From an uncultured Chloroflexia bacterium (lineage in GTDB: Bacteria; Chloroflexota; Dehalococcoidia; UBA2979), in NCBI GenBank assembly GCA_963728205.1, contig CAVSIV010000006.1, positions 256,001 through 320,000 on the forward strand: 64,000 nt of DNA. Direction: 5' to 3'. Made by a program: the position numbers and the translations under genes. Below the pieces are notes generated by a model. The model did no database searches, was not told where the DNA came from, and saw only the letters and a program-made list of their open reading frames with translations. Below, in pieces: positions 9,792 through 18,991 of this stretch (positions are counted from its first letter, which is position 1; the number at the start of each line of letters is the position of its first letter).

Positions 9792-12419
9792 GTGCGGGGC
9801 CGGAACCCCATCCCGATCGGTCTCGTCGCCGCGGTGCTGGCAGCGCTCGCTCCAGTGATCGCCGGCGTCGCGCTGCTCCATGGCGCCGCCACCGCGAGCG
9901 GCGGCGGCGCCGCGCTCGTCGACGCGTCGAACCTGCGGGCGGCGCTGCTCAACGTCGCAGTCGCCGCCGACCAGGCGCGCGCCGAGCGCGATCCCTCGAT
10001 CGTCACGACCGCCGTCTCCGCCATCACGAGCGACCGCGCGACCCTGGCCGCCGACCTCCCGCCGGGTGTCCTGACCGGCACCGTGGTGCGAGCGCTCGCG
10101 GAGCTCGATCGCGCGACCTCGGCGCTCATCGCTGCGGCCCAGCAATACGCGACGGGCGCGCAGTCGACGGGCGCCGGCGGCGCCGCGTACACCGACGCCA
10201 ACCATGCGCTCGACACGCTCCTGTCCGACCTCGCGGCCGCGATCGACGGGACGTCGGCGGCGCACACGACGACCGAGACGCGGGCGCTCGCGCTGATCGT
10301 GCTCGGCGCGCTGCTCGGCATCGCCGGTGGCGCGAGCGGCTGGTGGCAGCGACGGCGCCTGCGCGCGACGGCGGGCCGGCTGAACCGCACGCTGCAGGCC
10401 GCCGCGCTCGCGATCCCCGACGTCGTGTTCCACGCGGACGGCGCCGGCCGCTTCACGACGGTGAGTCCCGCGATCCGGGCGCTGCTGGGCTGGGAGCCGC
10501 GCGAGTTGCTCGGACGGCCGCTCGCCGACTTCTGCGTGCTGGGCGACGGGCCCGGGGAGAGCACCGACGGGGTGCGGATGTACCAGGCCACGTGGCGCCA
10601 CCGCGACGGCCACGAGCTCACCGTCGCCACGCGCATCGTCTCGCGGGACGACGACGACGCGGACGGCACGCCGCTCGACGGCATGGTGGGGGTGATCCAG
10701 GACCCGCGGCCCGTCGAAGGGGCGGCGCGGGCGCTGCGCGAGAGCGAGGAGCGCTTCCGACACACGCTCGACACCGCGCAGAACGGGATGATGATCGTCG
10801 CGCCCGATGGGCGCGTGATCCTGCACAACGCGGCGCTGCGCAAGCTCGTCGGCTATTCGAACGAGGAGCTGTCGGGCCTGGCGATCGGCCAGCTGGTCCC
10901 GGCGGCCGACCTCGACCGCGTGATGGCGCTGTTCGCCGTGCGCATGTGGTCGGACGCGGCGCCGAGCCAGGACGAGTTGCGGCTCGTGCGGCGCGACGGC
11001 GAGACGCTGGAGGCGGAGCTGTCGGTGACGGCGTTCCGCCGGGGCGGGCGGAACGAGGGCGTGCTGGTCGAGGTGCGCGACGTCACGGAGCGCCGACGCG
11101 CGAGCGAGACGATCCGCCGCCTCGCGGACTACGACACGCTCACGGGGCTCGCGAACCGCGCGCTGTTCGACCGCCAGCTGCAGATCGCGCTGATGGAGGC
11201 GCGCGACGCCGGGCGCGCGGCCGGCGTGCTGCTGCTCGACCTCGACCGCTTCAAGCTGATCAACGACACGCTGGGGCATGCCGGTGGCGACCGCATCCTG
11301 CAGACCGTCGCGAAGCGGCTGCAGGAGACGCTGCCGCGCCGCTACACCATTGCGCGGTTCGGCGGCGACGAGTTCCTGGTGCTCGCGCCGCGGCTCGACC
11401 GCGCGGAGGCGATCCAGCACGTGGCGGCGCAGATCGCGGCGGCGCTCGAGGCGCCCGTCGAGCAGGACGGCAAGATGCTGCGCGTGAGCGGCAGCGTCGG
11501 CGGCGCGGTCTTCCCGGAGCATGGCGAGGACGGGGACGCGCTGGTGCGCGCGGCGGGCGCGGCGATGTACGAGGTGAAGGAGCGCGGCGGCAACGGGTTC
11601 CGGCTGTTCGACCCGGATCACTTCGGGTCGGCGTCGGACCGCCTGACGCTCGAGGCCGAGCTGCAGCGCGCGCTCGAGCGCGACGAGTTCCGCCTGCACT
11701 ACCAGCCGGTGGTCGACATCGCGTCGGGGCGCATCGTCGGCGCCGAGGCGCTGATCCGGTGGGAGCACCCCGAGCGCGGGCTGCTGGCCGCGACGGAGTT
11801 CGTGGAGGCGCTCGAGGAGACGGGGCTGATCATCCCGATCGGCGAGTGGGTGCTGCAGACGGCGTGCGAGCAGGTGCAGCGGTGGCGCTCGCAGGGCCTG
11901 CCCGACGTACGCATCGCGGTCAACCTCTCGGCGCGGCAGTTCCTCGCGCCGGAGCTGGACATGCTCGTGCGACGCGTGCTGCAGCACACGGGGCTGCTGC
12001 CGTCGCAGCTCGAGCTCGAGGTCACCGAGACCACAGCGATGCTGAACATGGAGGACGCGCGCCGCGTGCTGGAGACGCTGCGCGGGATCGGCGTGACCGC
12101 CGCGATCGACGACTTCGGCATCGGGCACTCGTCGCTGGCGCGCCTGCGCGAGTTCCCGGTGACGACGCTCAAGGTCGACCGCTCGTTCGTGATGCACCTC
12201 GACGGCTCCAACCAGGACCCCGCGATCGTGCGCGGCGTGGTGGCGCTGGGCCATGCGCTGGGGCTGTCCGTGGTGGCCGAGGGCATCGAGACGCCGGAGC
12301 AGCTCGAGATCCTCAAGGAGATGGGCTGCGATCTCGGCCAGGGCTACCTCTACGCGAAGCCCGCGAGCGCCGAGGAGTTCGAGGCGATGCTGACCCGCGA
12401 GGACCGTGCCGCCGCCTAG
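9792..12419 (+). CDS. Membrane-anchored PAS-PAS-GGDEF-EAL diguanylate cyclase/phosphodiesterase
   Basis: Two TM segments; YDTLTGLANR, RFGGDEF, AEALIRW, DDFGIG, LKVDRSF, EGIET, QGYLY. GGAGG RBS before GTG. Confidence 0.95.
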   Translation: MRGRNPIPIGLVAAVLAALAPVIAGVALLHGAATASGGGAALVDASNLRAALLNVAVAADQARAERDPSIVTTAVSAITSDRATLAADLPPGVLTGTVVRALAELDRATSALIAAAQQYATGAQSTGAGGAAYTDANHALDTLLSDLAAAIDGTSAAHTTTETRALALIVLGALLGIAGGASGWWQRRRLRATAGRLNRTLQAAALAIPDVVFHADGAGRFTTVSPAIRALLGWEPRELLGRPLADFCVLGDGPGESTDGVRMYQATWRHRDGHELTVATRIVSRDDDDADGTPLDGMVGVIQDPRPVEGAARALRESEERFRHTLDTAQNGMMIVAPDGRVILHNAALRKLVGYSNEELSGLAIGQLVPAADLDRVMALFAVRMWSDAAPSQDELRLVRRDGETLEAELSVTAFRRGGRNEGVLVEVRDVTERRRASETIRRLADYDTLTGLANRALFDRQLQIALMEARDAGRAAGVLLLDLDRFKLINDTLGHAGGDRILQTVAKRLQETLPRRYTIARFGGDEFLVLAPRLDRAEAIQHVAAQIAAALEAPVEQDGKMLRVSGSVGGAVFPEHGEDGDALVRAAGAAMYEVKERGGNGFRLFDPDHFGSASDRLTLEAELQRALERDEFRLHYQPVVDIASGRIVGAEALIRWEHPERGLLAATEFVEALEETGLIIPIGEWVLQTACEQVQRWRSQGLPDVRIAVNLSARQFLAPELDMLVRRVLQHTGLLPSQLELEVTETTAMLNMEDARRVLETLRGIGVTAAIDDFGIGHSSLARLREFPVTTLKVDRSFVMHLDGSNQDPAIVRGVVALGHALGLSVVAEGIETPEQLEILKEMGCDLGQGYLYAKPASAEEFEAMLTREDRAAA

Positions 12420-12633
12420 CCGGCGGCACGCGCGGAACCCCGTCCGCGGCCGGCTTCGCTCCGCTCGGCCGCCCGGCGGCGAGCTCCCGGCAGCGTCCGG
12501 TGGCCCGGGGGCCGGCATGTGGCTCGATGCATCGACGAAACCGGCCGCCCGGGAATACGGGCGGCTGGCACGTCGTCGCCGCGCTTCCTCGCCGTCGCAC
12601 GCTAGGCTTGCGCGCGGGAAGTGAGGGCGCGCC

Positions 12634-13743
12634 ATGCCACATCGTTCGCTGTTCCGGGACGACGACGGCACCGTGCGGCGTGACCTCGGGGAGGCGGAGA
12701 TCGCCGGCGTCGTCGCGGAGGGCCGCGGCACGCTCTGGGTCCACATCTCGCGCACCGGCACGGAGGACGTCGCGCTGATGGAGCGCGCGTTCCCGTTTCA
12801 CGCCCTCGCAATCCAGGACTGCCTGAACGACCGGTATCAGCGTCCGAAGGCCGACGCATACGGCGACCACGTCTTCGTCATGCTGCACGGCATCGATCAC
12901 GACGAGAGCGCGGAGCTCGTCGTCACCGAGGAGCTCGACACCTTCATCGGACCGAACTACCTGGTGACGGCGTCGTTGACGTCGCTCGCCGCCGTCGATC
13001 ACGTGTTCGGCATGGCTGCAGAGGACGGACACGCGCTCGACCGCTCGCCGGCCATGCTCGCGTATGCGGTGTTCGACGCGCTCGTCGACGGGATGATCCC
13101 CACGGTCGACGTGATGGGCGCGTTCGCCGACGGCGTCGAGGAGGAAGCGCTCACCGCCTCCGGCAACGAACTGCTCCCGGACATCCTGCGACTGAAGCGG
13201 TCGGCGCTGCGCGTGCACCGCGTGGTGATCCCGCAGCGCGACGTGCTGAACCGGCTCGCGCGCGGCGAGCACGCCGCGATCGGCCCGGACGCGGTCCCGT
13301 ACTTCCGTTATGTCTACGATCAGCTCATGCGCACCGAGGACCTCGTGCAGACGATCCGCGAGCGCGCGGAGAGCGCGTTGACGACGCACCTCTCGGCGGT
13401 GGGCATCCGGCAGAACGAGACGATGCGGGTGCTGTCGATCGTGGCGTCGATCTTCCTGCCGCTGACGCTGCTCACCGGCATCTTCGGGATGAACTTCGAC
13501 TACATGCCGGGGCTGGGCTGGCGATACGGGTACTTCACGGTGCTGGCGATCATGGTGGTCGTCAGCGGCGCCGTGATCTGGACGTTCTGGGCGAAGCGCT
13601 GGTTCGGCGCCGGCGGTCGCCGCGTGGTGCGGGTGCTGAGCTTCCGCGTCGATCCGACGCGGCTGGTCGCGACGTTCCAGGAGGCGTCGCGCATCCGCGA
13701 TCGCGCGCTGGACCCGAGGCGAATCGGGCGTCGCGAGCGCTGA
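12634..13743 (+). CDS. corA: CorA-family Mg2+/Co2+ transporter
   Basis: FHALAIQD, QRPKAD, FLPLTLLTGIFGMNF..MPGL (GMN motif). Confidence 0.93.
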   Translation: MPHRSLFRDDDGTVRRDLGEAEIAGVVAEGRGTLWVHISRTGTEDVALMERAFPFHALAIQDCLNDRYQRPKADAYGDHVFVMLHGIDHDESAELVVTEELDTFIGPNYLVTASLTSLAAVDHVFGMAAEDGHALDRSPAMLAYAVFDALVDGMIPTVDVMGAFADGVEEEALTASGNELLPDILRLKRSALRVHRVVIPQRDVLNRLARGEHAAIGPDAVPYFRYVYDQLMRTEDLVQTIRERAESALTTHLSAVGIRQNETMRVLSIVASIFLPLTLLTGIFGMNFDYMPGLGWRYGYFTVLAIMVVVSGAVIWTFWAKRWFGAGGRRVVRVLSFRVDPTRLVATFQEASRIRDRALDPRRIGRRER

Positions 13744-13820
13744 CCGCCGAGACGGCGGCGTCGTCTCGGCGAAGCCGGTCATGGACGGCGCGACTGGGTC
13801 GGCGCGCGCCGCCGGCACGA

Positions 13821-13850
13821 GAAGGGGACGGGCGCCGGCCCGTCCCCTTC
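13821..13850. terminator. Perfect 13-bp hairpin between convergent genes
   Basis: GAAGGGGACGGGC-GCCG-GCCCGTCCCCTTC. Confidence 0.6.
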
Positions 13851-13889
13851 GGCGCGTCTCGCCCCGAGATCGGCAGTGGGGCGAGCCGG

Positions 13890-14609
13890 CTAGCGCGCGC
13901 CCGTGCCGCCGGGCTGCCCGGTGATGAACTGCGCGGACGCCGCGATGTCGCGGATGTGCGCGACATCGGCGTCGATCTGCAGGTAGTGGTACGTGCCGGT
14001 GTCGAGCACGATCGGCGACGGCGGCGCGACGATCACGGACGCGGCATTCTTCATCTCCGGAGCCTGGTCGGCGGACGGCAGGATGAGCCGGCCCTCGACG
14101 CCGTCGACGGTGATCGGCTCGATTGTCGGATGCGAACCGTAGGGCTGCAGGTGGTGCGAGGCGATGAGCTCGGCCGCCTGCTGCACGGTCATCCCGCTTC
14201 CATCGAAGGCGAGCACCTGGACGAAGCCGTCGGGCCCGGACCAGCGCTGGTCGTAGCCGGCCTCGACGGTCCAGGTCGGCGGGTAGCGGAACTCGACGCG
14301 GAAGAGCGAGTTCGCGTAGACGCCACGGGCGAGCATGCCGCCGGTCGCTCCGCCGGTGGCGGGCGTCGGCGTGGACGGGGCCGCCGTCGGCGCCGGCGTG
14401 CGCGCGGGCGTGGGCGCGCTCGCGGTCGGTGCGACGGCGGTCGGCGTAGCGGCGGTCGGCGTGGTGGTCGCGGAGGGCGCGACCGTCGGGGTCGCGCTCG
14501 GCGAGGCGGTGGCCGGGCTCGAGCCGGAACAGGCGGCGAGCGAGCCGGCGACCAGAAAGAGTGCAAGCGCGGCACGCAATCTACCGGGCGCAATGGGGCG
14601 GAAGGTCAT
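13890..14609 (-). CDS. Lipoprotein with Pro/Thr linker and PsbP-like C-terminal domain
   Basis: Lipobox LAAC; TPT repeats; YANSLFRVEFRYPPTW. Confidence 0.75.
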   Translation of the reverse strand: MTFRPIAPGRLRAALALFLVAGSLAACSGSSPATASPSATPTVAPSATTTPTAATPTAVAPTASAPTPARTPAPTAAPSTPTPATGGATGGMLARGVYANSLFRVEFRYPPTWTVEAGYDQRWSGPDGFVQVLAFDGSGMTVQQAAELIASHHLQPYGSHPTIEPITVDGVEGRLILPSADQAPEMKNAASVIVAPPSPIVLDTGTYHYLQIDADVAHIRDIAASAQFITGQPGGTGAR

Positions 14610-14706
14610 CTAGCCTGCCTCTCGACGGTGGCGGGGGGTGTGGTGTGGTGCATGACGACGGCGGCGCGTGGGCGGTTCCAGCCGGGCAACGCCGCAATAC
14701 ATCGTG

Positions 14707-14728
14707 TATACTGCTTGATATCAGCAGT
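14707..14728 (+). promoter_or_regulatory. -10 box (TATACT) overlapped by palindromic operator upstream of TA operon
   Basis: TATACT at 14707-14712; near-perfect palindrome ACTGCT-TGATATC-AGCAGT at 14710-14728. Confidence 0.6.
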
Positions 14729-14746
14729 GATACTGGCGGTTGCGCG

Positions 14747-15112
14747 ATGACCAACCAGCAAACACCCACGGGCGATCGGACGTTCGGGGAGCGCGTGCAG
14801 GCGCGCCGGGCGGCGCTGGGCCTCTCGCAAGCCGCGCTCGCGGCGCGGCTGAGCGGGCTGCTTCCGGCGGACCAGCGTGTCGGGCAGACGTACATCTCGC
14901 AGATCGAGCGTGCGCGGATCTGGACCGGGCCGGAGAAGCTGCGAGCGCTGACCTCGGCCCTCGACACCACCATCGCCTACCTGATGGGAGAGAGGAGCGA
15001 TCCCATGCGTCCGCGTCCCCGCCCTGCCAGCCTCGGACTCGGTGAATCCGGCCACGCGGACACGGCGCGGCGCGCCGGCGAGGTGCGCGCGGAGCCCCGC
15101 GCGTGGCGCTGA
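14747..15112 (+). CDS. XRE-family HTH protein, probable antitoxin with VapB-like C-terminal tail
   Basis: FGERVQARRAALGLSQAALA...QTYISQIER; C-terminal RPRPASLGLGESGHADTARR; overlaps the PIN gene. Confidence 0.8.
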   Translation: MTNQQTPTGDRTFGERVQARRAALGLSQAALAARLSGLLPADQRVGQTYISQIERARIWTGPEKLRALTSALDTTIAYLMGERSDPMRPRPRPASLGLGESGHADTARRAGEVRAEPRAWR

Positions 15113-15519
15113 TCCTCGACACGGGCCCGCTCTACGCATCCCTTGACCGGTCGGACGCGGACCACGCCGTGTGCCGCCGGCTGATCGAAGAGTGCAGTGA
15201 GCCGCTGGTGATCCCCGCGCCGGTGCTCGTCGAAGTCGATTACTGGATCGGTGAGCGGCTCCAACCCGGGGTGCTCACCGCGCTGCTCGGCGACGTCGTG
15301 TCCGGCGCCTATGACGTCGCCGCTCTGCTACCAGAGGACTACCGCCGCATCGGCGAGCTGTGCGCGCGCTATGCGGATTCGGACATCGGCTTCGTGGACG
15401 CCGCGGTGCTCGCGATCACCGAGCGGCTCGGTGAGACCAGGCTCGCGACGCTCGACCGCCGGCACTTCGGGCTGCTCCGCCCGCGGCACGTGCCGGCGCT
15501 CGCGCTGGTGCCGGCCTGA
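15103..15519 (+). CDS. vapC: PIN-domain VapC-type toxin
   Basis: ILDTGPL, VLVEVDY, IGFVDAAVLAITE, ATLDRRHF (acidic PIN residues). Confidence 0.92.
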   Translation: MALILDTGPLYASLDRSDADHAVCRRLIEECSEPLVIPAPVLVEVDYWIGERLQPGVLTALLGDVVSGAYDVAALLPEDYRRIGELCARYADSDIGFVDAAVLAITERLGETRLATLDRRHFGLLRPRHVPALALVPA

Positions 15520-15540
15520 CCATCGCGTTCCACCGAGCGG

Positions 15541-17412
15541 CTACGCGGAGCCCGGCCCGCGGTCGTCGACGAGCGCCCCCGCTACCAGATCGTCGAAGCG
15601 ATTGAGCGCCGCGTCCGACTGGTTCGCGATGCCGCGCAGCGGGTCCGGCGCGCCCAGGTAGCGCTCGGCGAACAGCTGCGCGACGATCGCCTTGCGCTCG
15701 CCACCCTCGACGCGGTGCTCCCAGTCCGCCTGCTCGACCAGCAACGCACCCGCGTACACGTCGCCCATGAACTGCGTTAGCGGAAAGAGGCGCGCCTCGG
15801 CGGTCTCGCGCGGCAGCGACTTCCACGCGTCGATCGCCCGCTCGAGGTCGTCGGCGCGCTCCGCGACCAGCGCGGCGACGGGGGTTTCGCCACCGTGGTC
15901 GACGGCCTCGCGGATGCGCGCGAGCAGCGGCTCATCCGCCTGCTCGCGCTCGACGCCGCGGCGCACGTCGAGGCAGAGGATGTTGTCCGCGCCCTCCCAG
16001 ATCGTGTTGACGTGCGCGTCGCGCAGGATGCGCGCGACGGGCCAGTTCTCGATGTAGCCGTTACCGCCGTGCACCTCGATGGCATCGCTGGCCGCGGTGA
16101 TGCCGAGGCGCGCAGCCTTCAGTTTCACGATGGGAGCGCCGAGCCGCAGCCGCTCGCGGCCGTCGTGATCCTGCTGGTGGTTGGGCATGCCGTAGCCGTC
16201 GAAGACGAGCGCCTGGGTGGCCTCGACATCGACGATCAGCTCCGCGAGCTTGCGCCGCATCAGCGGCTGGTCGATGAGCCGCGCGCCGAAGGCGGACCGC
16301 GCCCGCGCGTAGCAGAGCGACTCCACGAGCGCGCGGCGCGCGCAGCCGAGCCCCATCATCGCGACGCCGAGCCGCGAGCCGTTGGTCATCGCCATCATCC
16401 GGGTGAGCCCGCGCCCGTCGCCGCCCGACGGCTCGCTCGCGGCGCCCGCGTCCCGCGGGTCGCCCGAGAGCAGGAAGGCCTCGGCGTCGATGAACTCGAC
16501 CTCCGCCGACGCCACCGACTTCGTGCCGAGCTTGTCCTTCAGCCGCCGGATGCGGATGCCGTTGCGTCGCCCGTCGCGGCGCTCCTTGAGCACGAGGAAC
16601 GTACAGACGCCCCGCACGCTGTCCGGGGCGCCCTCGGGCTTCGCCAGCACGACGAACGCCTCGCCGTCGACGTTCGAGACGAACCACTTGAACCCGTTGA
16701 TGCGCCACGACTCGCCATCCGCGTCCGGCGACGCGGTCGTCTCGAGATGGCCGAGGTCGGAGCCGCCGGTGCGCTCGGTGAGGAGCTGCGCGGCCGAGCC
16801 CTCCCACTCCGGCGAGAGGAGCTTCGGCATGACCCAGTCGCGCACGGCCGGCGGCGCGTAGCGGCCGACCAGGTTCTGGATCATCCCCATGCCCGTGCCA
16901 ATCGCGCAGGCGAGGCCGATGTCGGCCTGGTCGAGGAGGTACGAGAACGCCTCGCCCGGGAAGTCGAGCCGCACACCGTGCCGCTGCGCGTCCTGGCGGA
17001 TGGCCGGGTTGCTGAAGCGGTGCTTGAAGATCAGCTGCTTCGCCTCGATGACCGAGGGCGGCAGGATCACGCGGCCGATCTCGTGACCCCAGCGGTCGTA
17101 CTGCTCGAGGCGCGGCGGGTTCTTGTCGGTCTCCTCCGCGAGCACCGCGACCCGGCCGCCCATCATCGCGCCCAGCCCGTCGAGGTGCGGCTCCGCCCAG
17201 GCGAGCTCCTCCGGCGTGAGGTAGTAGCGCGCGAGGAACTGCAGCGTCGGGTCGGCCGCGTACCAGTTCAGGCCCACGGCGCCCGGGTAGCGCTCGGTGC
17301 GGTAGCGGTCGGCCTTCTCGTCGCCGCCGAACGGCAGGTGATCGACGTGCTCGTCGCGATACGGGAGGGGCGCCGCGGTGGCGCCAGCCGGTCGGTCGTA
17401 GGTCGAGGCCAT
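15541..17412 (-). CDS. Acyl-CoA dehydrogenase (AidB-like clade)
   Basis: LTERTGGSD, GFKWFVSN, RLKDKLGTKS, EVHGGNGY, NTIWEG. Confidence 0.92.
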   Translation of the reverse strand: MASTYDRPAGATAAPLPYRDEHVDHLPFGGDEKADRYRTERYPGAVGLNWYAADPTLQFLARYYLTPEELAWAEPHLDGLGAMMGGRVAVLAEETDKNPPRLEQYDRWGHEIGRVILPPSVIEAKQLIFKHRFSNPAIRQDAQRHGVRLDFPGEAFSYLLDQADIGLACAIGTGMGMIQNLVGRYAPPAVRDWVMPKLLSPEWEGSAAQLLTERTGGSDLGHLETTASPDADGESWRINGFKWFVSNVDGEAFVVLAKPEGAPDSVRGVCTFLVLKERRDGRRNGIRIRRLKDKLGTKSVASAEVEFIDAEAFLLSGDPRDAGAASEPSGGDGRGLTRMMAMTNGSRLGVAMMGLGCARRALVESLCYARARSAFGARLIDQPLMRRKLAELIVDVEATQALVFDGYGMPNHQQDHDGRERLRLGAPIVKLKAARLGITAASDAIEVHGGNGYIENWPVARILRDAHVNTIWEGADNILCLDVRRGVEREQADEPLLARIREAVDHGGETPVAALVAERADDLERAIDAWKSLPRETAEARLFPLTQFMGDVYAGALLVEQADWEHRVEGGERKAIVAQLFAERYLGAPDPLRGIANQSDAALNRFDDLVAGALVDDRGPGSA

Positions 17413-17496
17413 CGTGCTCCCCCGGGGTGCGCCGGCATCACAGGACGGATGCAGGCTACACCCCGCCGCGGGAGGGCTGGGCCGGGCCGTCGCGCG

Positions 17497-18291
17497 CTAC
17501 GGCAGGAGCCGGCCGTGCCGGCGCGCGACCCACAGCGCTCCTCCGACGAGCGCGAGCGACGCCACGACGAGCCCCGCGACGTTGAACGCCGTCGGGGCTC
17601 CGCCGCCCGGCGCGCTCTCGGCCGTAAGGGTCCGCGCATCGCCCAGCGGGTCGATGTTCCACGTGAGCTCGTTGCCGTGCTGCTCGTCGGCGTTCGTCTG
17701 GGTGACGTGACCGGGGAGGGCGAGGTGCACGGTGAACGACGCGTCCTTGAACAGCGTCTTCACCGTCGCCGGGTCGATCCCGCTGTCGGCGGCGGGGATC
17801 TGCGACGGCACGGTCGCCTGGAAGCGCCAGCCGCCGTTGCTCTGCCTGCGCAGCGTGAAGTCCTGCAGCGGGCTCGTCCCCGGCTGCTGGAACGAGTCCG
17901 ACGGGCCCGGCGTCGGCGCGGGAGAGACGTCCGCCGCCGCGCTCGCGGCGACGTCCGCGAAGGTCTGATCGAGCGTCGTCGCCACGTCGTCACCGGCCGC
18001 GAACGGGAAGGTCAGCCGCGCGCCGACGAAGCCGTCCTGCTGGTACGGCTCGACCTTCGCGCCGGGCGGGAGCTGCGACGGCGGCGTCTGCTCCAGCTGG
18101 TCGAACGGGTTCGCCGCCGCCTGGCCCGATTGCTGCGTCAGCGCCAGCAGCTGCTGGTCGATCGCCATGAGCATCGAGAGCGTACCCGAGCCGTCGTCGT
18201 GCACCGCAATCGCGAGGTCGACGCGGACGCATCCCGTCGCGAGCACGACGAGCGCGAGGAGCGGGGCGAGTCGCAGCAGCAGCTTCCGCAC
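17497..18291 (-). CDS. LppM/DUF3153-like lipoprotein with C-terminal TM anchor
   Basis: LATGCVRVDLAIAVHDDGSGT; LPGHVTQTNAD..GNELTW; C-terminal TM followed by RR. Confidence 0.75.
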   Translation of the reverse strand: MRKLLLRLAPLLALVVLATGCVRVDLAIAVHDDGSGTLSMLMAIDQQLLALTQQSGQAAANPFDQLEQTPPSQLPPGAKVEPYQQDGFVGARLTFPFAAGDDVATTLDQTFADVAASAAADVSPAPTPGPSDSFQQPGTSPLQDFTLRRQSNGGWRFQATVPSQIPAADSGIDPATVKTLFKDASFTVHLALPGHVTQTNADEQHGNELTWNIDPLGDARTLTAESAPGGGAPTAFNVAGLVVASLALVGGALWVARRHGRLLP

Positions 18292-18378
18292 GCGAGGACC
18301 TCCGGTGACGGGGAGCGCGAAGGCGCGAACAGCGTATGGCGGCGGGACGACGCGATCACGACGGGCGCGGCCGCGCCG

Positions 18379-18846
18379 TCAGCGGGAGCGGACGACGCGG
18401 GCGAGCGCGGGCAGGCGCGCCGCGCCGCGCGGGGGATCGACCACGGCCGCGCCGCGGTGCACGCTCGCCGCGGGCGCCGCGGGCGCCGCCGGCGAGGCGG
18501 CGGCGCCGCGCAGCAGCAGCCCCGCGATGATCGGCGGCGCGAACGCCGCCACCCCCGTGGCGATGGCGACCGCCGGCGGCAATGCGATCGTCGCGAGGAA
18601 CGCGGTGCACCCCGCGGCGCCGCCCATCACCAGCACCGTGCCCATCGCACGCGGGAAGCGCCACGCCAGCAGCAGCACCGGGATGAACGAGAGGCCATGG
18701 AGGATGTGGCTCGCGCCGTGCGGATCGCCGCCGGCGAGGACATCCCCGGCCCCCACGAGCAGCAGCACCGCGAGCGGCAGCGCCAGCAGGTCCAGCGCGG
18801 CCTCCTTGAGACGCGCGCCGCCGGGCACACCAGAAGGGTCGCGCAT
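18379..18846 (-). CDS. Hypothetical small membrane protein
   Basis: About four hydrophobic segments; GGAGG upstream of ATG at 18846. Confidence 0.6.
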   Translation of the reverse strand: MRDPSGVPGGARLKEAALDLLALPLAVLLLVGAGDVLAGGDPHGASHILHGLSFIPVLLLAWRFPRAMGTVLVMGGAAGCTAFLATIALPPAVAIATGVAAFAPPIIAGLLLRGAAASPAAPAAPAASVHRGAAVVDPPRGAARLPALARVVRSR

Positions 18847-18991
18847 ACCGGGCGCCTCCCACGGGGCACCATGAGCATCGCGCCGCGCGGCGCCCGTGCA
18901 CACGGCCGAACGGACCGCGTTCCGCGGGTACTTGGTCAGGCGGCGGACATCCAGTCGTGATGGGTGCCGCGTCGGCGCGCCGGGCGCCGCG

